Below, in pieces: positions 21,459 through 31,116 of a stretch of DNA of 64,000 nucleotides. The DNA comes from Nitrosarchaeum sp. (GTDB lineage: Archaea; Thermoproteota; Nitrososphaeria; Nitrososphaerales; Nitrosopumilaceae). The notes below the pieces were generated by a model, which did not search any database, was not told the origin of the DNA, and saw nothing but the letters and a program-made list of their open reading frames with translations. The translations under genes were made by a program, and so were the position numbers. Location of the stretch: contig OZ245020.1 in assembly GCA_965223865.1 (NCBI GenBank), forward strand, positions 576,001 through 640,000, in the 5' to 3' direction. The stretch's first letter is position 1; every line of letters begins with the position of its first letter.

Positions 21459-22426
21459 CTTTAACAAAACAATCCGATGGAATTTACATAGATGATACTA
21501 TTTTAGAAAATCTAATAAAATGTGATGCAATAATATTTGATTGTGATGGAGTATTAATTGATATTACAAAATCATATGATCTTACAATAAATAAAACAAC
21601 TCAATATATTTTAGAACATTTTGCAGACATTACTAATGGAATTACAATTGATTCAAAAATAATTGATGGATTCAAATCTACAGGTGGATTCAATGATGAA
21701 GTTGATGTCACATATGCTGCAATCATTTCAATTGTGGCTGCAAATAAACTAGGAGAAGATCAACATGATTTTATTTTTGAAGTCATTAAAAATGCAGATG
21801 TTTCTGGAATTACATCTGTTGAAAAATTTCTTGATAATGCTGATATTGAAGAAATTAAGGAAAAACTATCCTATCCTGGAACTCATCACAATAATCCATT
21901 ATACAAAATATTTGATCAGATTTTTTACGGACCGGAACTCTACAAAAAACTATTCGGTCAGCCTTCTCAGTTTTCTGAACTGGGTTTAATTGAAAATGAT
22001 ATTGTACTTTTTAATGGTTTACTTGCAAATAAGTTCAAAAAGAAATTTTCATCAAATATTTCAATAGTTACCGGCAGGGGAAAAGAATCTGTAAAATATT
22101 CTTTAAAGAATTTGCTAAATGAATTTAATTTGAAAAATTCGGTATTTTTAGAAGACGAATCACGAGATTTAGCAAAACCAAATCCAGCATCCTTACTTCG
22201 CTCTATTAATGGAATGAATTGTAGTAATGTCATCTACGTGGGTGATTCAATGGAAGATTTCATTATGGCAAAAAAGGTCACAGAAAAAGGTCACAACACC
22301 ATATTTTGTGGTATAATAGGAACAAGTAAGAATCCTCAAAAAAAAATAGAATTATTTGAACGAAATGATGCTAAATTAATTCTAGATTCTATTAAATTAC
22401 TTCCGAAGGTATTAAATTTAGAATAA
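21455..22426 (+). CDS. HAD-superfamily hydrolase, probable histidinol-phosphatase
   Basis: FDCDGVL, TGR, KPNP and VGDS HAD motifs; lies between hisC and a monofunctional hisB. Confidence 0.8.
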   Translation: MTLTKQSDGIYIDDTILENLIKCDAIIFDCDGVLIDITKSYDLTINKTTQYILEHFADITNGITIDSKIIDGFKSTGGFNDEVDVTYAAIISIVAANKLGEDQHDFIFEVIKNADVSGITSVEKFLDNADIEEIKEKLSYPGTHHNNPLYKIFDQIFYGPELYKKLFGQPSQFSELGLIENDIVLFNGLLANKFKKKFSSNISIVTGRGKESVKYSLKNLLNEFNLKNSVFLEDESRDLAKPNPASLLRSINGMNCSNVIYVGDSMEDFIMAKKVTEKGHNTIFCGIIGTSKNPQKKIELFERNDAKLILDSIKLLPKVLNLE

Positions 22427-22452
22427 AACAAGTTACATCTCCTGTGAGAAAT

Positions 22453-23040
22453 ATGAAAACAAGAAAAAGTTCGATTAATCGTGCCACTAAAGAGACAAGT
22501 GTTTTGGTCTCTGTCAATCTAGATGGAAGTGGAAAAACAAGCATATCGACTGGAATAAACTTCCTTGATCATCTGATTACCTCATTTGGAAAACATGGAA
22601 TGATGGACCTTAAGGTCAATGCCCAATCAAATGACAAAATTGAACATCACCTAATTGAAGACACTGCAATTACAATAGGATTGGCAATAGACAAAGCTTT
22701 GGGAAATAGAAGTGGAATCACAAGATTCAGCTATGCATCTGTTCCAATGGATGAGTCTTTGGCAGAGGCATCTATTGATCTCGTAAAACGACCTTTTTGG
22801 AAAATAGCATTATCAATCAAACGAAGTAAAATTGAAGACATGTCAAAAGAAGATTTGGAACACTTTTTCCATTCCCTACTTCAGAATCTTAATAGCTGTA
22901 TTCATCTTACTGTAAAGTATGGAGAAAATGATCATCACAAAGTAGAGGCTGCGATAAAATCTCTTGCAGTAGCATTTAGATCAGCTTCTTCATATGACAA
23001 AAAACAAAAAGGAATTCCAAGTACAAAAGGTTCAATGTAA
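22453..23040 (+). CDS. hisB: Imidazoleglycerol-phosphate dehydratase
   Basis: [32 protein letters not shown]. Confidence 0.97.
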   Translation: MKTRKSSINRATKETSVLVSVNLDGSGKTSISTGINFLDHLITSFGKHGMMDLKVNAQSNDKIEHHLIEDTAITIGLAIDKALGNRSGITRFSYASVPMDESLAEASIDLVKRPFWKIALSIKRSKIEDMSKEDLEHFFHSLLQNLNSCIHLTVKYGENDHHKVEAAIKSLAVAFRSASSYDKKQKGIPSTKGSM

Positions 23041-23648
23041 TGGTTAAAGTAGCAATCTTTGATTATGGGGCTGGAAATATTTTCAGCCTAAAAAATTCTT
23101 TTGAGAAAGCAGGAGCTACAACAGATGTAATTACAAATTTTGATAAACCTAATGAATATGCTGGATTACTTCTCCCAGGTGTGGGTAATTTTGATCCAGC
23201 TATCAAAAGTATCAATCAAATCTCAAAAACAGGATTCCAAGATTTTGTAAATAATACAACTCCTGTTTTAGGAATTTGTCTTGGAATGGAAATGTTTTTT
23301 GAAAAAAGCGAAGAGGGTAAGGAAAAAGGTCTAAACGTAATTGATGGTGAAGTGATTGTTCTACCCCCATCTATGAAAGTGCCTCATATGGGCTGGAATG
23401 ATTTGGAGATAAAAAAACCTGGTAAAATTTTAGAAGGAGTTGATAATGGTTCATGGGTTTATTTTGTTCATTCATACAGGGCTAAACCAAACTCAAATGA
23501 TGTAATCACTGCAGAATCTGATTATGGCATCAAAGTTCCTGCCGTAGTTGAACAAGACAATTATTTTGGTACCCAATTTCATCCAGAAAAATCTGGTTCT
23601 GTTGGCAAAATAATGATAAAGAACTTTCTAAATGTGTGTAAAAAATGA
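23040..23648 (+). CDS. hisH: IGP synthase glutaminase subunit
   Basis: DYGAGN, GICLG, VPHMGWN, YFVHSY, QFHPEKS. Confidence 0.97.
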   Translation: MVKVAIFDYGAGNIFSLKNSFEKAGATTDVITNFDKPNEYAGLLLPGVGNFDPAIKSINQISKTGFQDFVNNTTPVLGICLGMEMFFEKSEEGKEKGLNVIDGEVIVLPPSMKVPHMGWNDLEIKKPGKILEGVDNGSWVYFVHSYRAKPNSNDVITAESDYGIKVPAVVEQDNYFGTQFHPEKSGSVGKIMIKNFLNVCKK

Positions 23649-24352
23649 AAATCATTCCTGCAATTGATCTAATGGCTGGACAAGTAGTTCGACTTTACAA
23701 GGGTGATCCAAAACAAAAAACAGTTTATAGTGACAATCCTGTTGATATTGCAAAAAAATGGGAATCGAATGGTGCTGATATGTTGCATATAGTAGATCTG
23801 GATGCTACTTTGGGAATTGGTTCAAATCTTTCTGTAATAAAAAAAATCTTAGAACAAATATCCATTCCTGTTGAGGTAGCTGGTGGTCTAAGAAGTGAAT
23901 CTCTAATAATGGATATGGCAAAAACCTCAAAACGAATAGTTATTGGAACTTTAGCCTTTAAGGACAAAGAATTATTAAAAAAAATTTTTTCGTCTTTAGG
24001 ACCTGAAAAAATTGTAATTTCAGTTGATCATAAAGATGGAAAAATTGTAATACATGGTTGGCAGGATGAAACCGAAATTAAATTAATTAATTCTATCAAA
24101 GAATTTCTTGAGATCGGATTTACTGAATTTTTACTTACAAATGTAAGTCGTGATGGAACTATGAAAGGGCCAGATTTAGAATTTCTAGAACAATCATGCA
24201 AATTAGAAAATGCTAATGTCATTGCTAGTGGTGGCATTTCAAATGTTGGAGATGTTATAGATGTAAAGAAGAAAAATGCATTTGGAGTTATCCTTGGAAA
24301 AGCACTTTATGAAAATAAGATTTCAATTGAGGAGGCAAAAAAATATTCATGA
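23645..24352 (+). CDS. hisA: ProFAR isomerase
   Basis: IIPAIDL..GQVVRL, VDLD, RDGTMKG, IASGGI. Confidence 0.96.
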   Translation: MKIIPAIDLMAGQVVRLYKGDPKQKTVYSDNPVDIAKKWESNGADMLHIVDLDATLGIGSNLSVIKKILEQISIPVEVAGGLRSESLIMDMAKTSKRIVIGTLAFKDKELLKKIFSSLGPEKIVISVDHKDGKIVIHGWQDETEIKLINSIKEFLEIGFTEFLLTNVSRDGTMKGPDLEFLEQSCKLENANVIASGGISNVGDVIDVKKKNAFGVILGKALYENKISIEEAKKYS

Positions 24353-25152
24353 CTCTAACAAAACGAATAATCCCATGTCTTGATGTAAAAAATGGCCGAG
24401 TTGTTAAAGGTCTTCATTTTGAATCAATAAAGGATGCTGGAGATCCAGTTGAACTTGCTGAAAAGTATAGCAACGAAGGTGCAGACGAACTTGTTTTTTT
24501 AGATATTACGGCATCTGATGAACAAAGAGAAACCATAAAAGATCTAGTCCGAAAAGTCGCATCTGTCATTAACATTCCATTTACAGTTGGAGGCGGCGTA
24601 AAATCTTTAGAAGATGCAAGAAATATTCTTCTTAATGGTGCTGATAAAGTCGGAATCAACACTGGTGCTATAAAAAATCCTAAAGTAATTACTGAATTAA
24701 TGGAACTATTTGGTCGTCAATGTGTTGTAATAGCAATAGATGCCAAAAGAAATTACAACGTAAAAGAGGAACAAAATATTTTTTCAGAGAATGGTAAGAA
24801 ATTCTGGTTTGAAGTTTTTATTTATGGTGGAAAACAGGGAACAGGCATTGATGCCATAAATTGGGCCAAGCAAGCAGAAAAGCTAGGAGCAGGAGAGATA
24901 CTTCTTACCAGCATCGATAAAGATGGTACAAAAGACGGCTACGATATACTGCTTACAAAAAATATCGTCAACTCTGTTTCTATTCCAGTAATTGCCTCTG
25001 GTGGTTGTGGAAAACCAGATGATATAATTGATGTATTTAAGGAATCGAATGTTGATGCAGCTCTTGCAGCATCAATATTTCATTATGAATCTCATGGAGT
25101 AAATGGTGTAAAAAAATATCTTAAAGATAAAGAAATCCCTGTAAGATTATAA
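24349..25152 (+). CDS. hisF: IGP synthase cyclase subunit
   Basis: [35 protein letters not shown]. Confidence 0.97.
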   Translation: MTLTKRIIPCLDVKNGRVVKGLHFESIKDAGDPVELAEKYSNEGADELVFLDITASDEQRETIKDLVRKVASVINIPFTVGGGVKSLEDARNILLNGADKVGINTGAIKNPKVITELMELFGRQCVVIAIDAKRNYNVKEEQNIFSENGKKFWFEVFIYGGKQGTGIDAINWAKQAEKLGAGEILLTSIDKDGTKDGYDILLTKNIVNSVSIPVIASGGCGKPDDIIDVFKESNVDAALAASIFHYESHGVNGVKKYLKDKEIPVRL

Positions 25153-25174
25153 AGCATGATCCTAAACCATTCTC

Positions 25175-25504
25175 ATGGAAAGATCAATTAATGATATAGA
25201 TTTTGAAAAAAGTGGTGGTCTGGTTCCAGTAATAGTTCAGGATGCAAACACTAAAGATGTTTTGACATTAGCTTATTCAAATAAAGAATCATTGGAGCTT
25301 GCGAAGAAAACAGGAAACTCTTGGTTTTGGAGTCGTTCTAGAAACAAACTCTGGATGAAAGGAGAAGAATCAGGCAATACACAAAAGATTAAAGATATTT
25401 TGGTTGATTGTGACTCTGATGCAATTATTTATTTGGTTGAACCATCAGGACCTGCTTGTCATTTAGGTGAACGAGTATGTTTTCATAATATTTTGGAAAA
25501 ATAA
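25175..25504 (+). CDS. hisI: Phosphoribosyl-AMP cyclohydrolase
   Basis: WSRSR, KGEESG, DCDSD, ACHLG..VCF. Confidence 0.96.
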   Translation: MERSINDIDFEKSGGLVPVIVQDANTKDVLTLAYSNKESLELAKKTGNSWFWSRSRNKLWMKGEESGNTQKIKDILVDCDSDAIIYLVEPSGPACHLGERVCFHNILEK

Positions 25505-25505
25505 A

Positions 25506-26084
25506 TCAACATACTGGTTGATAATTTTCTTCATCTCCAGGCAGGATGTCTCCTGTTATTCTGAATTGAATATCTGAATAATCTGTTCCTCTAAAAACAA
25601 CTCTCCAGTTTCCAATAAGGTCATCTACAGTACAAAACCCATTATTTTTTGAAAGCTTAGGTTCTAAATAATAATTAAAATCAGATCTTTTTGCGCCATC
25701 AAATGGGATTGTCAGATAAACAGATTGATGTGTCACGTTTAATGGTCTAAGAAATGCAACTTGTCCTTTTTCATCTTTATTTAATCCACCAATAACAAGA
25801 AAAATCTTTTCTCCTAAAACATATTCACTACGATCAATTTGAAATGGCCCAGAAGTGATCCATTCTCTTGGTTTAGGTGAATATTCATTTTCCAAATTAA
25901 TTTTCTCAATTTCATCTAGTTTTTTCTGAATTTCTGGCAATGACTCTTCTTCAAATCTTAATTCCTTGTCTAAGACATCTTCAAGTTCTATACTTCTAGG
26001 TTCTTGATTCGTAGCAAAAAATACTGCAATTATTATTACCACAACTCCAATTCCTATGGGTACAGAAATTTTTCCCTTGTTCAC
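25506..26084 (-). CDS. Hypothetical membrane-anchored protein
   Basis: N-terminal TM helix, 192-aa ORF. Confidence 0.75.
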   Translation of the reverse strand: MNKGKISVPIGIGVVVIIIAVFFATNQEPRSIELEDVLDKELRFEEESLPEIQKKLDEIEKINLENEYSPKPREWITSGPFQIDRSEYVLGEKIFLVIGGLNKDEKGQVAFLRPLNVTHQSVYLTIPFDGAKRSDFNYYLEPKLSKNNGFCTVDDLIGNWRVVFRGTDYSDIQFRITGDILPGDEENYQPVC

Positions 26085-26303
26085 AGATCTCTTCTTCTAA
26101 AAATCTCTAAAAACCTTGCTCAAAATTGAAATTTTCATAAATTGATTCTTTTTAATTGATTTTTTCCAAAAATACAATTTTTCTGTATATTTTTTCTGGA
26201 TTGGAACAAAAATATTCATTATATTTTTTATCTCTTAAAATTAAGTATTACTTAACTTGATATTAGGATTTTTTATGTATGCTAACAAAGGAGAAAATTA
26301 ATC

Positions 26304-27518
26304 TTGGCTAGAATATCATTACGGTGTAGGGAATGCAAAAAGGACTACAAATCTACTTTCAAGTATATCTGCGATGATTGTTTTGGCCCTTTAGATGTAA
26401 AGTATGATTTTCCTTCGGTTTCAAAGGATACATTTACCAACCGTGAAAAAACCTATTGGAGATATTTTGAGCTACTTCCAATAGAACAGAAATCAAATAT
26501 TGTTAGTATTGATGCTGGAATGACTCCTCTTACAAAAGCAGAAAATCTTGGTGAGCAATTAGGACTAAAAAATCTCTATATCAAAAATGATTCTGTAAAT
26601 CCCACATTTTCATTTAAAGACAGACCTGCAGGAATTGCAGTATCTAAAGCAAAAGAGTTTGGAATGTCTGCAGTAGGTTGTGCATCCACTGGTAATTTAG
26701 CATCAGCAACTGCAGCTCATGCTGCAAAAGGTGGATTTCCATGTCATATATTTGCTCCAAGTGATATTGAAATGGCAAAGATTGCACAAGCATTGTCTTA
26801 TGGTGCAAACTATATCGCTGTTGATGGTACATATGATGATGCAAACAGAATAGCAGCACAAATTGGAGATAGTAAAGGAATTGGTATTGTAAATATTAAC
26901 ATGCGTTCTTACTATGTTGAAGGTTCTAAAACTTTAGCATATGAAGTAGCCGAACAACTTGACTGGCAAGTACCTGATCAATTAATAGTTCCAGTTGGTA
27001 GTGGTGCAATGCTAAATGCAATTTGCAAGGGATTTGAAGAATTACAACACATTTCATTACTTGATGATGTTTCCAATATGCACATGATTGCAGCACAACC
27101 ACATGGATGCGCCCCTATTGTTGATGCATATAAGAAAAATAGTAGTGAGGTAATTCCAGTTGAAAACCCTGATACCATAGCAAAAAGCTTGGCAATTGGT
27201 GATCCTGGAGATGGTAGATATGTTTTGAAACGATTAAAACAATACAATGGACTTGCTGAAGAATCAAACAACAAGGAAATTCTTGATGCAATTTTGCTAC
27301 TTGCAAAGACTGAAGGAATATTTACAGAGCCTGCAGGTGGTGTTTCAGTTGCTGTTCTCCAAAAAATGGTTGAACAAGGTAAGATTGATTCAGATGATAA
27401 AGTGGTGTGTTATGTTACTGGTAATGGCCTCAAAGCAACTGAGGCAATAATGCAAGTTTTAGAAAAACCAACAGTAATGAAGGCAGATGTTGGAGAAATA
27501 TCGGCGGTAGTAAACTAA
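26304..27518 (+). CDS. thrC: Threonine synthase-like PLP enzyme with N-terminal Zn ribbon
   Basis: NPTFSFKDR, ASTGN, EGSKT, PVGSG, TGNGLK. Confidence 0.9.
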   Translation: MARISLRCRECKKDYKSTFKYICDDCFGPLDVKYDFPSVSKDTFTNREKTYWRYFELLPIEQKSNIVSIDAGMTPLTKAENLGEQLGLKNLYIKNDSVNPTFSFKDRPAGIAVSKAKEFGMSAVGCASTGNLASATAAHAAKGGFPCHIFAPSDIEMAKIAQALSYGANYIAVDGTYDDANRIAAQIGDSKGIGIVNINMRSYYVEGSKTLAYEVAEQLDWQVPDQLIVPVGSGAMLNAICKGFEELQHISLLDDVSNMHMIAAQPHGCAPIVDAYKKNSSEVIPVENPDTIAKSLAIGDPGDGRYVLKRLKQYNGLAEESNNKEILDAILLLAKTEGIFTEPAGGVSVAVLQKMVEQGKIDSDDKVVCYVTGNGLKATEAIMQVLEKPTVMKADVGEISAVVN

Positions 27519-28858
27519 TGGCAAAAATTACATTTACAATTCCTTCTGTTTTAAACCAAGGTGGAGGAGAAAAAAAAACAGAGATTTTAGCAGAATCTCT
27601 AACTGACGCATTTGCAAAAATCTCTGAGTCTATGGGTGATGATTTTAAGCGAAGGGTCTTAGAAGGTGATGGAACCCCACGTTCACTAATAAACATCTAC
27701 ATCAATGGAAAGAATGCAAAATTTTCCGGTGGAATGGAAACTACTCTAAAAGATGGTGATGAAGTGTACATACTGCCTGCAGTAGCTGGTGGTTCTGAAG
27801 AATTATCCTCAAAAGAACTTGACAGATTTTCAAGACAAGTTATGCTAGAGGAGATTGGTTATCAAGGACAGCTCAAATTAAAAAATGCCAAAGTCTGTGT
27901 TGTTGGAACCGGGGGTCTAGGAAACCCAATAACCTCAAGACTTGCTGCAATGGGTGTTGGTACTTTGAGAATTGTTGATAGAGATGTAATAGAATTATCT
28001 AACTTGCATAGGCAGACAATGTTTGATGAAGATGATGTAGGCCAAGTTAAAGTTGAAGTTGCTGCAAAAAAACTGCAAAAACTAAATCCTGACTGCAAGA
28101 TTGAAGCCTTGGCTGTTTCTGTCAATGATTATACTGCACTTGAAGTAGTTGAAGGGTGTGATGTTGTGATTGATGCACTTGACAGTGTTAATGCGCGATA
28201 TGCATTAAACAATGCATGTGTCAAATTTGGAATTCCATTTGTAACAGGTGCAGCAGTTGGAGTTTCAGGGCAAGCATTTACAGTTTTACCAAGACAAAGT
28301 GCATGCTACTTTTGCATGTTTCCAGAACTAAACGAAGACACAATGCCAACATGTAGCATTGAAGGAGTTCATCCATCAATTCTTTCCCTTGTAGGTGGAA
28401 TTGAGGTTGCAGAAGCTGTTAAAATCATAATTGGAAAAAAACCTAGTCTTTCAGAGAGGATACTTCATATTGATCTAGAAAATCTTGACTTTAACAGTAC
28501 TAGAACATTTAGAGCAGAAGAATGCCCAATTTGTGGAACAGGGAAACTCAAAGTTGTTCCAAAAGAAGAATTGATCCTAGAAGAACTATGCGGAAGAAAT
28601 AGAGGAAAGAGAACTTATTCTATAACTCCAACTGAAACATTTGATCTTGAAGTTGATGCTGTAACCAATACAGGAAAAGAAATGGGATTCACAGTTGAAA
28701 ATCAAGGTGAACTTGGACTGTCCTTGCGAACAAATGAAATGTCTGTCAATTTTATGAAAAAAGGATCCGCTGTAATTGTTGGACCAAAAGATGAGCAAGA
28801 GGCAATTTCATTATATTATGAAATTTTAGGCAAAAAACCAATTGAATCTGCAACCTAG
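27518..28858 (+). CDS. MoaD/ThiS sulfur carrier fused to MoeB/ThiF E1-like adenylyltransferase
   Basis: Ubiquitin-like domain ending ILPAVAGG, then RFSRQ, GTGGLG, SNLHRQ, CYFC, CPIC. Confidence 0.9.
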   Translation: MAKITFTIPSVLNQGGGEKKTEILAESLTDAFAKISESMGDDFKRRVLEGDGTPRSLINIYINGKNAKFSGGMETTLKDGDEVYILPAVAGGSEELSSKELDRFSRQVMLEEIGYQGQLKLKNAKVCVVGTGGLGNPITSRLAAMGVGTLRIVDRDVIELSNLHRQTMFDEDDVGQVKVEVAAKKLQKLNPDCKIEALAVSVNDYTALEVVEGCDVVIDALDSVNARYALNNACVKFGIPFVTGAAVGVSGQAFTVLPRQSACYFCMFPELNEDTMPTCSIEGVHPSILSLVGGIEVAEAVKIIIGKKPSLSERILHIDLENLDFNSTRTFRAEECPICGTGKLKVVPKEELILEELCGRNRGKRTYSITPTETFDLEVDAVTNTGKEMGFTVENQGELGLSLRTNEMSVNFMKKGSAVIVGPKDEQEAISLYYEILGKKPIESAT

Positions 28859-29018
28859 ATTCATTGATGAAATAAAATCTGGATAAAAAGTACAAACTAG
28901 TTTGTTTTAGTTATTTTATAATTTTTTGGATACCTCCAACAATAACCAGAAAATAATTTTATCTTTTACCTTGATCCGATATTTTTAATTTAAACTTAAT
29001 ATCATAACTTAATGAAAG

Positions 29019-29417
29019 TTGTTAGAACAAGGAACTCCTTACTACAAGTTGTACGATTCGATAGTTAATTTAGATTCAAAAATAAGATTTGTGACAATCA
29101 TAGATTCAAATGGTAGATTAATTTTAGGTGGCCAAAAAGATGGAATACAAAATTACTTGATTCCAGAGGATCAAAAAAAATCCCTCAAATCTGCAAGCAA
29201 AATGTGGGAGATTCGTAATCAATTTGTTGATTTTCTCGGTAAAGGAAAATACGCAATGGCAGAATATGAGAAAGTAAAACGATACACTTTCCCCTTAGAT
29301 AATACTAATTTGTTATATATCACTACTGAACCAGAACTAGAGCATAATTTCTTTATTAAGCAAATATTCAAATTATTAAATTATTACAAAATTAAATCAG
29401 ATTCAATTAAACAATAA
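29019..29417 (+). CDS. DUF6659-like (roadblock-like) protein
   Basis: LDSKIRFVTII...YAMAEYEKVKRYTFPL..LYITTE pattern typical of this expanded thaumarchaeal family. Confidence 0.75.
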   Translation: MLEQGTPYYKLYDSIVNLDSKIRFVTIIDSNGRLILGGQKDGIQNYLIPEDQKKSLKSASKMWEIRNQFVDFLGKGKYAMAEYEKVKRYTFPLDNTNLLYITTEPELEHNFFIKQIFKLLNYYKIKSDSIKQ

Positions 29418-29592
29418 CAAGCGAATTATTTTCAATATTACCAATAAATAAAAAAATCAAAAACTCTTTGTTAATTTTTTTTCAAATAATTACCGTCAAT
29501 TCGTAAATATTTTTAATAAAATCAAATTAAATGAAAATATTGTAGTTTATTTCTAAAAAATGCTATATAGTTGAATTTGATTAATTTGACAG

Positions 29593-30444
29593 ATGGAGGT
29601 TGTTGATAACTCTATAGTGGAACCTATTGAATTACGAATGATAAGACAATCAAAATTTCCAGTCCGATACAAACTCCCAAAAAATACTGCAGAATTTACA
29701 AATCTCAAATCAAGCATTAATGAGCATGGACTTTTACAGCCAATTGTAATTAGACCTCTAGAACATGGATTTGAAATAGTTGCAGGGCACAGAAGATTTG
29801 CAGCATGCAAATCATTACGTTGGAGGTTTATTCCCTGTAAAATACGCGACTTTTCTGATAAACAAGCATACGAAATTCAGCTAACTGAAAATATCCAAAG
29901 AAAATCAATGGACCCAATTGAAGAGGCTGAAGCTTATCAAAAATATGTAAATGAATTTGGTTGGGGAGGTGTAAGTGATCTTGCCAAAAAAATTGGAAAA
30001 AGTGAAGAATATGTCTCCCACAGAATGCAGCTACTTAAACTTCCAGCAAATATGAGAGAGAAAATTGCTCAAAATGACCTGAGCGTAAGCCAGGCTTTAG
30101 AACTTACAAATGTAGATGCTTCTCTGAAAAATGAATTTGTCGATGAAATTGTCAACAATAAACTAACTGTAAAACAAATTCGAACTATGAAGAAAAATTT
30201 TACTCCTTCACCAGATCCTTACACACCAAGAAAAAACAATGATTCAAAATCAATTAATTTGATAAAGAAAAGCAATCTGGCCTTAAAAGTAACCCTTTCT
30301 AGACTAGACGATCTTATTGAAGATGCTCATGGAATTAATAATAAACAGAAAGTCGAATTAATAGAGTTCTTGATGAGTCTTAGATTAAAAACTCATTCTA
30401 TGATTGATGATACCATCAAATTCAAAAAGAAATACTCAAAATAA
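29593..30444 (+). CDS. ParB/Spo0J-like CTPase with HTH; no adjacent parA
   Basis: GLLQPIVIRP, AGHRRFAA (GxxRxxA), ENIQR, PIEEAEAY, HTH LAKKIGKSEEYVSHRMQLLKLP. Confidence 0.93.
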   Translation: MEVVDNSIVEPIELRMIRQSKFPVRYKLPKNTAEFTNLKSSINEHGLLQPIVIRPLEHGFEIVAGHRRFAACKSLRWRFIPCKIRDFSDKQAYEIQLTENIQRKSMDPIEEAEAYQKYVNEFGWGGVSDLAKKIGKSEEYVSHRMQLLKLPANMREKIAQNDLSVSQALELTNVDASLKNEFVDEIVNNKLTVKQIRTMKKNFTPSPDPYTPRKNNDSKSINLIKKSNLALKVTLSRLDDLIEDAHGINNKQKVELIEFLMSLRLKTHSMIDDTIKFKKKYSK

Positions 30445-30451
30445 TATTCTA

Positions 30452-30991
30452 TCAAGTACCAAGAAACGGTGGAACCCATTCCTTGAGAAAGGTTTTGTAT
30501 TCTTTTTCTGTATATGTAAGAGCATAAAGTGATGCTTCTGTTTGTGGAACAAAATCATACACTTCATATGTCTGAATAATATCTCCAAACAAATTTCTGT
30601 AAATATCATTTTCTTCATCAGCCATGTCATTAGACAAAAAAGATTTCACTGTAATCCAATCATATCCTCCCCTTGTCCTTCCAGAAAACAAAACAAATGG
30701 TGCATCATTAAGATATTTCTTTAGACCAGCTAATCGCTTGGGAAGTGCTTGTGAAGTTCTAAACGTTACAAGATCTACTCTAATAACTCTATGAGGGAGT
30801 TTTTTTGCATCTACAGTAATGGTGTATCCCTTGATAATTTTTTCTTCTTCTAATCTTGAAATTCGTGATTCTATCTCTTCTTCAGTTAAATTATAATTAA
30901 ATCCCTTTAAAAAATCCCAAATTTCAAATGTACTCTGTTTTGAATTCTGGGATAGAGTTGAAATTATCAACTCATCAATTTTATCTATCAT
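30452..30991 (-). CDS. Lrp/AsnC family transcriptional regulator
   Basis: DKIDELII..L, RISRLEEEKIIKGY, C-terminal RAM-like GGYD. Confidence 0.85.
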   Translation of the reverse strand: MIDKIDELIISTLSQNSKQSTFEIWDFLKGFNYNLTEEEIESRISRLEEEKIIKGYTITVDAKKLPHRVIRVDLVTFRTSQALPKRLAGLKKYLNDAPFVLFSGRTRGGYDWITVKSFLSNDMADEENDIYRNLFGDIIQTYEVYDFVPQTEASLYALTYTEKEYKTFLKEWVPPFLGT

Positions 30992-31000
30992 TTGATATAC

Positions 31001-31016
31001 TAGTCTAATTCCACTA
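31001..31016. promoter_or_regulatory. Degenerate copy of the island palindrome, TAGTCTAATTCCACTA
   Basis: 12/16 match to TAGTCGATATCGACTA; 10 nt upstream of the asnC start, next to its TATA-like TTAAATAG. Confidence 0.4.
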
Positions 31017-31116
31017 TTTAATGATCATTACTAATCAGTAATTAGGGCTAAAACCCATTTTGTTTTGAAATAAATTATAATTTATTTTAATACAAGTTTT
31101 TACCTTTTTTACTACC

